From Variovorax sp. ZS18.2.2 (GTDB lineage: Bacteria; Pseudomonadota; Gammaproteobacteria; Burkholderiales; Burkholderiaceae_C), in NCBI RefSeq assembly GCF_024701975.1, contig NZ_JANLNM010000007.1:314024-338023 (forward strand): 24,000 nt of DNA, given 5' to 3'. This document shows, piece by piece, positions 8,519 to 17,425 of this stretch. The position numbers and the translations under genes are program-made. The notes below the pieces were generated by a model. That model saw only the letters and a program-made list of their open reading frames with translations, was not told the DNA's origin and searched no databases. The first letter of the stretch is position 1; every line of letters begins with the position of its first letter.

Positions 8519-9526
8519 ATGTACACGCAAGCCATGGACACCATGGGCAAGGACGCAGGCGACGGCAAGAAGGCCGTGCGCTCCGCCGAGGAGATGCGGC
8601 TCGAGGAGCGCTTCGACGCGCAGATCGATGCCGGCGACTTCATCGAAGCCAAGGACTGGATGCCCGAGCACTACCGCAAGACGCTGGTGCGCCAGATCAG
8701 CCAGCACGCGCACTCCGAGATCGTCGGCATGCTGCCCGAGGGCAACTGGATCAGCCGCGCGCCCACGCTGAAGCGCAAGGCCATCCTGTTGGCCAAGGTG
8801 CAGGACGAAGGCGGCCACGGCCTCTACCTGTATGCCGCCGCCGAGACGCTGGGCACCTCGCGCGACCAGATGTTCGATGCACTGCACAGCGGCAAGGCCA
8901 AGTACAGCTCGATCTTCAACTACCCCACGCTCACCTGGGCCGACATGGGCACCATCGGCTGGCTGGTCGATGGCGCGGCCATCATGAACCAGGTGCCGAT
9001 CTGCCGCTGCTCGTACGCACCGTATGCGCGCGCCATGATCCGCATCTGCCGCGAGGAGAGCTTTCACCAGCGCCAGGGCTACGAAGCCCTGCTCACCATG
9101 ATGACCCACGGCACCGACGCGCAGAAGGCGATGGTGCAGGACGCGGTCGACCGCTGGTGGTGGCCCTCGATCATGATGTTCGGCCCACCCGACGACCAGT
9201 CGCCCAACTCGGCGCAGTCGATGCGCTGGGGCATCAAGCGCTTCAGCAACGACGAGCTGCGCCAGAAGTTCATCGACGCCGCCGTCGAGCAGGCCGCCAT
9301 CCTCGGCGTGACCCTGCCCGACCCCGACCTGAAGTGGAACGAAGAGCGCCAGGCGCACGACTTCGGCACGATCGACTGGAGCGAGTTCTGGCGCGTGGTG
9401 GGCGGCGACGGCCCCTGCAACCGCGAGCGCCTGCAGGCGCGCGTCGACGCCTGGGATGACGGCGAATGGGTCCGCGAAGCCGCGATGGCCCACGCCAACA
9501 AACAACCAATGAAGGAGGCCGCATGA
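8519..9526 (+). CDS. paaA: 1,2-phenylacetyl-CoA epoxidase catalytic subunit PaaA
   Basis: ATG at 8519 preceded by AAGGAGA (8506-8512). 335 aa with di-iron ligand regions (QHAHSEIVG..., EESFHQRQG). The track ORF 6488..9526 is real only from 8519 onward. Confidence 0.95.
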   Translation: MYTQAMDTMGKDAGDGKKAVRSAEEMRLEERFDAQIDAGDFIEAKDWMPEHYRKTLVRQISQHAHSEIVGMLPEGNWISRAPTLKRKAILLAKVQDEGGHGLYLYAAAETLGTSRDQMFDALHSGKAKYSSIFNYPTLTWADMGTIGWLVDGAAIMNQVPICRCSYAPYARAMIRICREESFHQRQGYEALLTMMTHGTDAQKAMVQDAVDRWWWPSIMMFGPPDDQSPNSAQSMRWGIKRFSNDELRQKFIDAAVEQAAILGVTLPDPDLKWNEERQAHDFGTIDWSEFWRVVGGDGPCNRERLQARVDAWDDGEWVREAAMAHANKQPMKEAA

Positions 9527-9822
9527 GCGCCGATACGACCAAGCAAGAATGGCCCCTGTGGGAAGTGTTCGTGCGCAGCAAGGCGGGCCTGGACCACAAG
9601 CACTGCGGCAGCCTGCACGCGGCCGATTCGAAGATGGCGATCCAGATGGCGCGCGACGTGTACACGCGCCGCCAGGAAGGCAGCAGCATCTGGGTGGTGC
9701 GCTCCGAGCAGATCGTGGCGAGCGATCCGGGCGAGAAGGACATGTACTTCGATCCGGCGGAAGACAAGGTCTATCGCCATCCGACCTTCTACGCGCTGCC
9801 CAAGTCCGTGGACCACATGTGA
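9523..9822 (+). CDS. paaB: 1,2-phenylacetyl-CoA epoxidase subunit PaaB
   Basis: [50 protein letters not shown]... is typical of PaaB. The ATG at 9523 overlaps the paaA stop (ATGA), with GAAGGAGG upstream. Confidence 0.95.
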   Translation: MSADTTKQEWPLWEVFVRSKAGLDHKHCGSLHAADSKMAIQMARDVYTRRQEGSSIWVVRSEQIVASDPGEKDMYFDPAEDKVYRHPTFYALPKSVDHM

Positions 9823-9843
9823 GCGGCCATTGACGGGACCATC

Positions 9844-10623
9844 ATGCAAGCATCGATCGAACTGAACCGCACGCCCGCCGTGCAATACCTGCTGCGCATC
9901 GGCGACACGTGCCTGGTGCTTGCGCAGCGCCTGGGCGAATGGTGCGGGCACGCGCCCGTGCTGGAGGAAGACATCGCGATGGCCAACATCGCGCTCGACC
10001 TCGTCGGGCAAGCGCGCGGCCTGCTCACGCATGCCGGCAAGCTCGAGGGAGAGGGCCGTGAGCACGACGAAGACCAGCTCGCGTACCTGCGCAACGAGCG
10101 CGACTACTTCAACCTCACGCTGGTCGAGCTGCCGCGCGGCGACTTCGCCTTTGCCGTGCTGCGCAACACCATGGTCGCCACGCTGCTCAAGCTGCTGTGG
10201 CAACGCCTGGCCGCATCGAGCGACGCCGAAGTGGCCGCGATCGCCGGTAAGGCCGTGAAGGAAGCGCGCTACCACCAGCAGCACTCGGCCGACTGGGTCG
10301 TGCGCCTGGGCGACGGCACCGACGAATCGCGCCGCCGCACCGAGAAGGCGTTGAAGCAGCTCTGGCTCTACGTGCCCGAACTCTTCGAGAGCGATGCGGT
10401 GGACGCTGAAGCCAGCGCCAGCGGCCTCGGCCCGGCATGGAGCGAACTGCGCGAGCCCTGGCTCGCCGAGATGCAGCAGGTGCTCGACGCGGCCGGCCTC
10501 GCGATGCCACAGGAAGCCGCGTTCCGCAGCAACGGCAAGCAAGGCGTGCACAGCGAACACATGGGCTACATCCTCACCGAGATGCAGCACCTGCAGCGCA
10601 GCTTCCCCGGAGGCGTGTGGTGA
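9844..10623 (+). CDS. paaC: 1,2-phenylacetyl-CoA epoxidase subunit PaaC
   Basis: 259 aa. YLLRIGDTCLVLAQRLGEWCGHAPVLEEDIAMANIALDLVGQAR...KEARYHQQHS...EHMGYILTEMQHLQRSFPG is collinear with E. coli PaaC. Confidence 0.92.
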   Translation: MQASIELNRTPAVQYLLRIGDTCLVLAQRLGEWCGHAPVLEEDIAMANIALDLVGQARGLLTHAGKLEGEGREHDEDQLAYLRNERDYFNLTLVELPRGDFAFAVLRNTMVATLLKLLWQRLAASSDAEVAAIAGKAVKEARYHQQHSADWVVRLGDGTDESRRRTEKALKQLWLYVPELFESDAVDAEASASGLGPAWSELREPWLAEMQQVLDAAGLAMPQEAAFRSNGKQGVHSEHMGYILTEMQHLQRSFPGGVW

Positions 10624-11147
10624 ACACCGTGGTGGCATCGCGCGTCGATGCGGCGTGGGCCGTGCTGCACACCGTGCTCGACCCCGAGGTGCCGGCCGTG
10701 TCGGTCTGCGACCTGGGCATCGTGCGCGAAGTGATCGAGCATGACGACGGCCTCGAGATCGTGCTCACGCCGACCTACTCCGGCTGCCCCGCGACCGAAG
10801 CCATCGAACACGACGTGCTGGCCGCCATCGAACAGGCCGGCCTGGGCCGCGCACGCGCCACGCTGCGCCGCGCGCCCGCATGGAGCAGCGACTGGATCAG
10901 CGACGAAGGCCGCGCCAAGCTCAAGGCCTATGGCATCGCCCCGCCGGCCCATCTCACGCCCGAAGTCGCGGCCAACACCGCGATGCCGATCAAGCTCTTC
11001 GGCCGCATCGCCGGCGAACGCATCGCCTGCCCGCGCTGCGCGAGCGAGCGCACCGAGCGCCTGTCCGCTTTCGGCTCTACCGCCTGCAAGGCCCTCTATC
11101 GCTGCATGGCCTGCCGCGAACCTTTCGAACATTTCAAGCCGATCTAA
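10620..11147 (+). CDS. paaD: Phenylacetate degradation protein PaaD (Fe-S assembly/SufT-like plus C-terminal Cys cluster)
   Basis: A GTG at 10620 (or 10617) overlaps the paaC stop (GTGA). ...VLDPEVPAVSVCDLGIVREV...TPTYSGCPATE...CPRCAS..TERLSAFGSTACKALYRCMACREPFEHFKPI matches PaaD. The track start at 10437 is spurious. Confidence 0.85.
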   Translation: MNTVVASRVDAAWAVLHTVLDPEVPAVSVCDLGIVREVIEHDDGLEIVLTPTYSGCPATEAIEHDVLAAIEQAGLGRARATLRRAPAWSSDWISDEGRAKLKAYGIAPPAHLTPEVAANTAMPIKLFGRIAGERIACPRCASERTERLSAFGSTACKALYRCMACREPFEHFKPI

Positions 11148-11157
11148 GGCGCCCCCG

Positions 11158-12243
11158 ATGAGTACCCTTTTCCACCCCCTGCGCGTGAAGGCCATCGAGC
11201 CCGATACGCACGAGGCCGTCATCGTCTCGTTCGAGGTGCCGGCCGACCTGCAGGAAGTCTTCGGCTTCACGCAGGGCCAGTACCTCACCTTGCGCCATGA
11301 CATCGACGGCCAGGACCTGCGCCGCTCCTATTCGATCTGCGCGGGCCTGGACGACGGCGAGCTGCGCGTCGGCGTGCGCAAGGTGCGCGGCGGCGTGTTC
11401 TCCAACTGGATCAACGCGAGCCTGCAACCGGGCGACACGCTGCAGGTGATGGCGCCGCAAGGCCGCTTCTTCGTGCCGATCGAGCCGGCTTCGGCCCGGC
11501 ACCACGTCGGCATCGCGGGCGGCAGCGGCATCACGCCGATCCTCTCGATCATGAAGACGGTGCTGGCGCGCGAACCCGCGAGCCGCTTCACGCTGATCTA
11601 CGGCAACCGGCAACTGCAGTCCACGATGTTCAAGGAAGAAATCGAGGACCTGAAGAACCGCTACATGACGCGCCTCGTGCTGCTGCACGTGTTCTCCGAC
11701 GAGCACACCGATTCGCCGCTGGGCTTCGGCGTGATGAACCGCGAGAAGATCGGCGAGTTCCTGCAGTCGGTGGTGCCCGCGAAACGCATCGACCACGTCT
11801 ACGTGTGCGGCCCGTTCCAGATGAACGACGAGGCCGAGGCCGCGCTGCTCGCGGCCGGTGTGCCCGAGGACCGCATCCACATCGAACGCTTCGGCGTGGC
11901 CTTGCCCTCGGCCACGCAGGTCGGCGCCGTGGTGCACGAACCGCAGCCGGGCGATGCCAAGCAGGCCCGCATCACCATCGTGCGCGACGGCCTGCAGCGC
12001 GAGATCACTTTCACCGAAGGCCAGCCCAGCATCCTCGACGCCGCCTCGGCCGCCGGCCTCGAAGTGCCGTTCTCGTGCACCTCGGGCGTGTGCGGAACCT
12101 GCCGCGCCAAATGCGTGGACGGGGAAGTCCGCATGGAAAGAAACTTCGCGCTCGACAAGAATGAAGTGGCCGCCGGGTTCGTGCTGACCTGCCAGGCCCA
12201 CCCCCTCACCGAGCGTGTCACCCTGTCCTTCGACGAGCGCTGA
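11158..12243 (+). CDS. paaE: 1,2-phenylacetyl-CoA epoxidase reductase subunit PaaE (FNR-like domain plus plant-type 2Fe-2S ferredoxin domain)
   Basis: ATG at 11158. MSTLFHPLRVKAIEPDTHEAVIVSFEVP..GQYLTLRH..RRSYSIC...GGSGITP...CTSGVCGTCRAKC...GFVLTCQAHP is collinear with E. coli PaaE. The track start at 10741 is spurious. Confidence 0.93.
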   Translation: MSTLFHPLRVKAIEPDTHEAVIVSFEVPADLQEVFGFTQGQYLTLRHDIDGQDLRRSYSICAGLDDGELRVGVRKVRGGVFSNWINASLQPGDTLQVMAPQGRFFVPIEPASARHHVGIAGGSGITPILSIMKTVLAREPASRFTLIYGNRQLQSTMFKEEIEDLKNRYMTRLVLLHVFSDEHTDSPLGFGVMNREKIGEFLQSVVPAKRIDHVYVCGPFQMNDEAEAALLAAGVPEDRIHIERFGVALPSATQVGAVVHEPQPGDAKQARITIVRDGLQREITFTEGQPSILDAASAAGLEVPFSCTSGVCGTCRAKCVDGEVRMERNFALDKNEVAAGFVLTCQAHPLTERVTLSFDER

Positions 12244-12401
12244 ATATGAAGCACACCCCCAGGCTTGCCCACTGCGTGTGGCCTCCTACCCCCTCGCCGG
12301 GGGCAACGCCAGCGGCCCGGCGAAGCCGGTTCCGCGGCATTTCTCGATAGGCCCCAGCGCTTTTTTGCAACCACCATTAACCAACCCAGAGACAAGCCCA
12401 A

Positions 12402-13550
12402 ATGAAATTCTTCTTCAAGCCCCTTCTGATCGCCGCGCTGTGCGCCACCGCCGCCGCGGCCTGGGCCGACGTCAATGTCGGCGTGACGGTGTCGGCCACC
12501 GGCCCGGCCGCCTCGCTCGGCATTCCCGAGAAGAACACCATCTCGCTGATGCCCAAGACCCTCGGGGGCCAGAAGATCAACTACATCGTGCTCGACGATG
12601 CCTCCGACACCACTGCGGCCGTGGCCAACACCCGCAAGCTGATCGCCGAGAACAAGGTCGACATCGTGCTGGGCTCCACCACCACGCCCAACTCGCTCGC
12701 GATGATCGACGTGGTGAGCGAAGCCAAGGTGCCGATGATCTCCATCGCCGCCTCGGCTCGCATCATCGAGCCGATGGACGCCAAGAAGAAGTGGGTCTTC
12801 AAGACGCCACAGAACGACATCATGATGTCGCTCGCCATCGCCGAGCACATGGCCGCCAACGGCGTGAAGACCGTCGCCTACATCGGCTTCTCCGACGCCT
12901 ACGGCGAAGGCTGGTCGGAAGAATTCGCCAAGGCTGCGGCACTCAAGAAGATCACCGTGGTTGCCAACGAGCGCTTCTCGCGCAGCGACACCTCGGTGAC
13001 CGGCCAGGCGCTGAAGATCATGGCCGCCAAGGCCGATGCGGTGCTGGTCGGGGGCTCGGGCACGCCGGCCGCGCTGCCGCAGAAGACGCTCAAGGAGCGC
13101 GGCTACACCGGCAAGATGTACCAGACGCACGGCGTGGCGAATGCCGACTTCCTGCGCGTGGGCGGCAAGGACGTGGAAGGCACCTTCCTGCCGGCCGGCC
13201 CGGTGCTCGTGGCCGACCAGCTGCCCGCCAGCAACCCGGTGAAGAAATCAGCCATGACCTATGTGACTGCCTACGAGGCCGCGTACGGCAAGGGCACGGT
13301 CTCGACCTTCGGCGCGCACGCCTGGGACGCCGGCCTGCTGATGAGCTCGGCCGTGCCGGTCGCGCTCAAGAAGGCACAGCCGGGCACGCCTGAATTCCGC
13401 GCCGCATTGCGCGATGCGCTGGAGCAGACCAAGGATGTGTCGGGCGCGCACGGCGTGTTCAACATGACCGAGAAGGACCATCTGGGTCTGGACCAACGCG
13501 CCCGCGTGATGGTGAAGATCGAAAACGGCGCCTGGAAATACCAACCCTGA
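12402..13550 (+). CDS. ABC transporter periplasmic substrate-binding protein, LivK/branched-chain-amino-acid-type (Peripla_BP_6-like)
   Basis: 382 aa with a signal peptide (MKFFFKPLLIAALCATAAAAWA/DV). Type I PBP pattern: VGVTVSATGPAASLG...DDASDTT.AV...KLI.ENKVDIVLGSTTTP.... Confidence 0.9.
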   Translation: MKFFFKPLLIAALCATAAAAWADVNVGVTVSATGPAASLGIPEKNTISLMPKTLGGQKINYIVLDDASDTTAAVANTRKLIAENKVDIVLGSTTTPNSLAMIDVVSEAKVPMISIAASARIIEPMDAKKKWVFKTPQNDIMMSLAIAEHMAANGVKTVAYIGFSDAYGEGWSEEFAKAAALKKITVVANERFSRSDTSVTGQALKIMAAKADAVLVGGSGTPAALPQKTLKERGYTGKMYQTHGVANADFLRVGGKDVEGTFLPAGPVLVADQLPASNPVKKSAMTYVTAYEAAYGKGTVSTFGAHAWDAGLLMSSAVPVALKKAQPGTPEFRAALRDALEQTKDVSGAHGVFNMTEKDHLGLDQRARVMVKIENGAWKYQP

Positions 13551-13565
13551 TGTCTTTGCCTTGCT

Positions 13566-13674
13566 CCCTCCCCCTCTGGGGGAGGGCTGGGGTGGGGGCA
13601 CGACGGCATTGACGTACGCGCAGCCGTGACTGCGGGGACCGCCCCCATCCCAACCTTCCCCCAAAGGGGGAAGG
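13566..13674. repeat. Inverted pair of about 34-bp REP-like hairpin repeats (BIME-like intergenic element)
   Basis: Copy A at 13566-13599 is CCCTCCCCC-TCT-GGGGGAGGG-CTGGGGTGGGGGC. Copy B at 13641-13674 reads, in reverse complement, CCTTCCCCC-TTT-GGGGGAAGG-TTGGGATGGGGGC. My manual alignment gives 29/34 identity. Each copy contains a perfect 9-bp stem, and the inner arms 13589-13599 and 13641-13651 are mutually complementary. Confidence 0.7.
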
Positions 13675-13729
13675 AGCCATGCGGTGCAGCGACTGATTCG
13701 ATAAACGGGCCAAGCCCGAAGGTTTTCTT

Positions 13730-14758
13730 ATGGATTTGCAGATCGCCCTGTTGTTGGGGCAGGACGGCATCGTCAACGGTGCCGTCTATGGATTGATGGC
13801 GCTCGCGCTCGTGCTGGTGTTCTCGGTCACGCGCGTCATCTTCATTCCCCAGGGCGAGTTCGTCGCCTTCGGGGCCCTCTCGATGGCCATGCTGCAGGCC
13901 GGCCGCGTGCCGGCCACGCTGTGGCTGCTGCTCGCGCTCGCGGTGATGGTGCTGATCGTCGAGTTCTGGCGCTGGAAGCGCGGCGCGGTGGTCGACTGGG
14001 CCTCGGCGCTCGCCTGGTGCGTGGTGCTGCCGCTGGCTGCCGCCGCGCTGGTGCTGCTGCTCAAGCCCACCTCGATGGCGGGTCAGACGCTCACCACGCT
14101 GATCCTCATCATGCCGCTCGGCCCCCTGCTCTATCGGCTGGCCTACCGGCCACTGGCGGATGCCAACGTGCTGATGCTGCTGATCGTCTCGGTCGCGCTG
14201 CATGGCGTGCTGGTCGGCCTCGGCCTGCTGTTCTTCGGCGCCGAGGGCTCGCGCACCACGGCCTTCTCGGACGCGCGCTTCGACATCGGCGGCATCCCGG
14301 TCAGCGGGCAATCGCTGGTGGTGGTCGGCGTCACGCTGCTGCTGGTGATCGCGATGTTCCTGTTCTTCGGGCGCTCGATGGTCGGCAAGGCATTGCGCGC
14401 CACCGCCATCAACCGCGTCGGCGCACGGCTCTCGGGCATTCCGACCGAACTGTCGGGTGACCTGAGCTTTGCGCTCGCGGCGCTGATCGGTGCGGTGTCG
14501 GGCCTGCTCATTGCGCCCATCACCACCGTGTACTACGACACCGGCTTCCTGATCGGCTTGAAGGGCTTCGTCGCGGCCATCGTCGGCGGGCTCGCGAGCT
14601 ATCCGCTGGCGCTGGTCGGCGCGCTGCTGGTGGGGCAGCTCGAAGCCTTCGCCTCCTTCTGGGCCAGCCCGTTCAAGGAAGTGCTGGTCTTCACCCTGAT
14701 CATTCCCGTGCTGTGGTGGCGTTCGCTGCGCAGCCATCATGTGGAGGACGAGGAATGA
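13730..14758 (+). CDS. Branched-chain-amino-acid-type ABC transporter permease (LivH-like)
   Basis: 342 aa, polytopic. N-terminus LLGQDGIVNGAVYGLMALALVLVFSVTRVIFIPQGEF is typical of the LivH family. Confidence 0.9.
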   Translation: MDLQIALLLGQDGIVNGAVYGLMALALVLVFSVTRVIFIPQGEFVAFGALSMAMLQAGRVPATLWLLLALAVMVLIVEFWRWKRGAVVDWASALAWCVVLPLAAAALVLLLKPTSMAGQTLTTLILIMPLGPLLYRLAYRPLADANVLMLLIVSVALHGVLVGLGLLFFGAEGSRTTAFSDARFDIGGIPVSGQSLVVVGVTLLLVIAMFLFFGRSMVGKALRATAINRVGARLSGIPTELSGDLSFALAALIGAVSGLLIAPITTVYYDTGFLIGLKGFVAAIVGGLASYPLALVGALLVGQLEAFASFWASPFKEVLVFTLIIPVLWWRSLRSHHVEDEE

Positions 14759-16656
14759 GCCCGTCTTCGAACCCTGTCGCTGTGAATGCGCCGCCCGCCG
14801 GCAAGCCGCTGGTCACGCCGCGCCAGCTCACCCTGATCTTCGTCGTCGCGCTCGCGCTGGCCTGGGGCTTCCTGCCCGAGTTCACCGTGTCCGTGCTGAG
14901 CAACATCGGGCTCTATGCGCTGGTCGCAGCCGGGCTGGTGATGCTCACCGGCGTGGGCGGCATGACCTCCTTCGGCCAGGCCGCCTTCGTCGGCATGGGC
15001 GCGTACGCCACCGCGTGGATCTGCACCTCGCCCACCGCCGCCGCATGGCTGGGCGGCGCGGTCAGCCCCGCATTGCTGCCATGGGCCGGCCTGCTGCTCG
15101 GCCTCGCCTTCACCTTCGCGCTGGCCTGGGTGCTGGGCGCAGTCACGCTCAAGCTGCAGGGCCACTACCTGCCGCTGTGCACCATCGCCTGGGGTTTGAG
15201 CCTCTACTTCCTGTTCGGCAACATGGAGTTCCTGGGCGGGCAGACCGGCATCACGGGCGTGCCGCCACTGGTGGTCGCCGGCGTGTCGCTCGCCACGCCG
15301 CGTGCGCTGGGCGTGGTGATCTGGGCCGTGCTGCTGCTCGCGCTGTGGGCCATGCACAACCTGCTCGATTCGCGCGAAGGCCGCGCCATCCGCGCGCTCA
15401 AGGGCGGGCGGCTGATGGCCGAGTCGATGGGCGTCGACACCGCACGTCATCGCATCAAGCTCTTCGTGCTGGCCGCGCTGCTCGCGGCGGTGTCGGGCTG
15501 GCTCTATGCGCACCTGCAACGCTTCGTGAACCCGACGCCCTTCAACCTGAACATCGGCATCGAACTCCTGTTCATGGCGGTGGTCGGCGGCGCGGGGCAC
15601 CTGTGGGGCGCGGTGCTCGGCGCGGCACTCATCACGCTGCTGAAGGAAAAGCTGCAGGACGTGCTGCCCGCGCTGCTGGGCACGAGCGGCAACTTCGAAG
15701 TGATCGTGTTCGGCTTGCTGATGCTGTTCGTGCTGCAGCGCTTTGCGGACGGGCTCTGGCCCACGCTCTCGCGGCTCGCGAGCCGCTGGGTGCGCAACGA
15801 GGCGCCGAAGGCGGCGCCCGCCGCATCGAAAGCCGCGCCTGCGCAACTCGCTCAGCGCACGCTGCCCGCATCGGGCGAACTGCTGCTCGAAGCCAGCGAC
15901 GTGAGCAAGCGTTTCGGCGGCCTCGTCGCCAACAACGCGATCTCGATGACGCTGAAGGCCGGCGAGATCCATGCGCTGATCGGCCCGAACGGCGCGGGCA
16001 AGAGCACCTTCTTCAACATGATCTCGGGCGTGGACGATCCGACCTCGGGCGTGGTGCGGCTCTCCGGCCAGTCGATGGCGACCAAGCCCTCGCGCGCCTT
16101 CGCCGCACTCGGCCTCGGCCGCACCTTCCAGCACGTGCGCCTGCTCGGGCAGCGCAGCGTGGTCGAGAACGTCGCGCTCGGCGCCCACCTGCGTGCCAGG
16201 CGCGGCTGGCTCGCCGCGATGCTGCGGCTGGACCGTGCCGAAGAAGCCGCGCTGATGGCCGAAGCACGCCGCCAGATCGAACGCTGCGGCCTCGGCGCGC
16301 ATGCCGACACGCCGGCCGCATCGCTTTCGCTCGGCCAGCAGCGCGTGGTCGAAATCGCGCGCGCCCTCGCCGGCCAGCCCTCGGTGCTGCTGCTCGACGA
16401 ACCTGCCGCGGGCCTGCGCCACCTGGAAAAACGCGCGCTTTCCGTGCTGCTGAGCCAGTTGCGCGCCGAGGGCCTGGGCATCCTCGTGGTGGAGCACGAC
16501 ATGGAGTTCGTGATGAACCTGGCCGACCGCATCACGGTGCTGGAGTTCGGCACCGTCATCGCCACCGGCACGCCGGCCGAGGTGCAAGCCAACCCGCGCG
16601 TGCTCGAGGCTTACCTCGGCGGCGCCGACGACGAACTGCTGGAAGACGCACGATGA
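14755..16656 (+). CDS. Fused ABC transporter permease (LivM-like) and ATP-binding (LivG-like) protein
   Basis: The ATG at 14755 overlaps the upstream stop (ATGA). The N-terminal ~370 aa are polytopic membrane domain. After an Ala/Pro-rich linker ([16 protein letters not shown]) comes an ATPase with Walker [10 protein letters not shown], signature LSLGQQR and Walker [10 protein letters not shown]. One uninterrupted 633-aa frame. Confidence 0.9.
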   Translation: MSPSSNPVAVNAPPAGKPLVTPRQLTLIFVVALALAWGFLPEFTVSVLSNIGLYALVAAGLVMLTGVGGMTSFGQAAFVGMGAYATAWICTSPTAAAWLGGAVSPALLPWAGLLLGLAFTFALAWVLGAVTLKLQGHYLPLCTIAWGLSLYFLFGNMEFLGGQTGITGVPPLVVAGVSLATPRALGVVIWAVLLLALWAMHNLLDSREGRAIRALKGGRLMAESMGVDTARHRIKLFVLAALLAAVSGWLYAHLQRFVNPTPFNLNIGIELLFMAVVGGAGHLWGAVLGAALITLLKEKLQDVLPALLGTSGNFEVIVFGLLMLFVLQRFADGLWPTLSRLASRWVRNEAPKAAPAASKAAPAQLAQRTLPASGELLLEASDVSKRFGGLVANNAISMTLKAGEIHALIGPNGAGKSTFFNMISGVDDPTSGVVRLSGQSMATKPSRAFAALGLGRTFQHVRLLGQRSVVENVALGAHLRARRGWLAAMLRLDRAEEAALMAEARRQIERCGLGAHADTPAASLSLGQQRVVEIARALAGQPSVLLLDEPAAGLRHLEKRALSVLLSQLRAEGLGILVVEHDMEFVMNLADRITVLEFGTVIATGTPAEVQANPRVLEAYLGGADDELLEDAR

Positions 16657-17402
16657 CCGCTCCCCTGCTCCAACTCGAAGACTTCTGCGTCGCCTACCGC
16701 ACCGTCGAAGCGGTGCACAGCATTCGGCTGCATGTGAACGAAGGCGAGATCGTCACGGTCATCGGCCCCAACGGCGCGGGCAAGACCACGCTGCTGTGCG
16801 CGGCGATGGGCCTGCTGCCTTCCACCGGCGCGCTCACGCTCGCGGGCCAACGCATCGCGCGCCCCGGCGTCGAGACCATGGTGGCGCGCGGCGTGGCCCT
16901 CGTGCCCGAGCGGCGCGAGCTGTTCGGCGAGATGTCGGTCGAAGACAACCTGCTGCTCGGCGGCTTCTACCAGTGGCGCAAGGGCAAGCGCGACCAGCGC
17001 GCGCGCATGGAGGAGGTGTTCGATATCTTCCCGCGCCTGCGCGAGCGCAAGCCGCAGATGGCCTCCACGCTCTCGGGCGGCGAACGCCAGATGCTGGCCA
17101 TCGGCCGCGCGCTGATGGCGCGGCCGCGCCTCCTGATGCTCGACGAACCCTCGCTCGGCCTCGCGCCGCTGGTGGTGCGCGAAGTGCTGCGCGTGGTCTC
17201 GCAACTGCGAAGCCATGGCGTTTCGGTGCTGCTCGTGGAGCAGAACGCGCGCGCCGCGCTGCAAGTGGCCGACCGCGCCTATGTGCTGGAGATGGGCGCC
17301 GTGGCGCTCGAAGGCAATGCGCGCGAGCTGCTGCACGACCAGCGAATCATCGACACCTACCTGGGCATCGGCAACCGCAACGCGGAACCTGCCGTCGCCT
17401 GA
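16653..17402 (+). CDS. ABC transporter ATP-binding protein (LivF-like)
   Basis: The ATG at 16653 overlaps the upstream stop (ATGA). Walker A GPNGAGKTT, signature LSGGERQ, Walker B LMLDEPSLGL. 249 aa. The track ORF 14739..17402 is real only from 16653. Confidence 0.9.
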   Translation: MTAPLLQLEDFCVAYRTVEAVHSIRLHVNEGEIVTVIGPNGAGKTTLLCAAMGLLPSTGALTLAGQRIARPGVETMVARGVALVPERRELFGEMSVEDNLLLGGFYQWRKGKRDQRARMEEVFDIFPRLRERKPQMASTLSGGERQMLAIGRALMARPRLLMLDEPSLGLAPLVVREVLRVVSQLRSHGVSVLLVEQNARAALQVADRAYVLEMGAVALEGNARELLHDQRIIDTYLGIGNRNAEPAVA

Positions 17403-17425
17403 ACCCCGGACGCTCAAGGACTTTC

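Noticed and set aside
6488-9526. Very long plus-strand track ORFs that suggest giant proteins or fusions: 6488-9526 (1012 aa), 14739-17402 (887 aa), 16796-19477 (893 aa), 10741-12243 (500 aa), 18769-20235 (488 aa), 4523-6001 (492 aa).
   Set aside because: Only the C-terminal parts are real genes (paaA from 8519, livF-like from 16653, paaZ from 17426, paaE from 11158, SDR from 19477, paaK from 4691). The upstream parts are Arg/Pro-rich out-of-frame read-through over the preceding gene. The homologous sequence begins at an internal ATG, with an SD upstream for paaA (AAGGAGA) and a stop/start overlap with the preceding gene for the livF-like and SDR genes.
12351-12366. T6 run after paaE as a rho-independent terminator.
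   Set aside because: No GC-rich stem immediately precedes the T-run. The nearest hairpins are more than 30 nt upstream.
13679-13696. AAGGAG (13671-13676) followed by ATG and a 5-codon mini-ORF (MRCSD*) just after the second REP hairpin.
   Set aside because: The AAGGAG is simply the 3' arm of the hairpin (GGGGGAAGG) plus AG. A 5-codon ORF has no support, although a leader-peptide role cannot be formally excluded.
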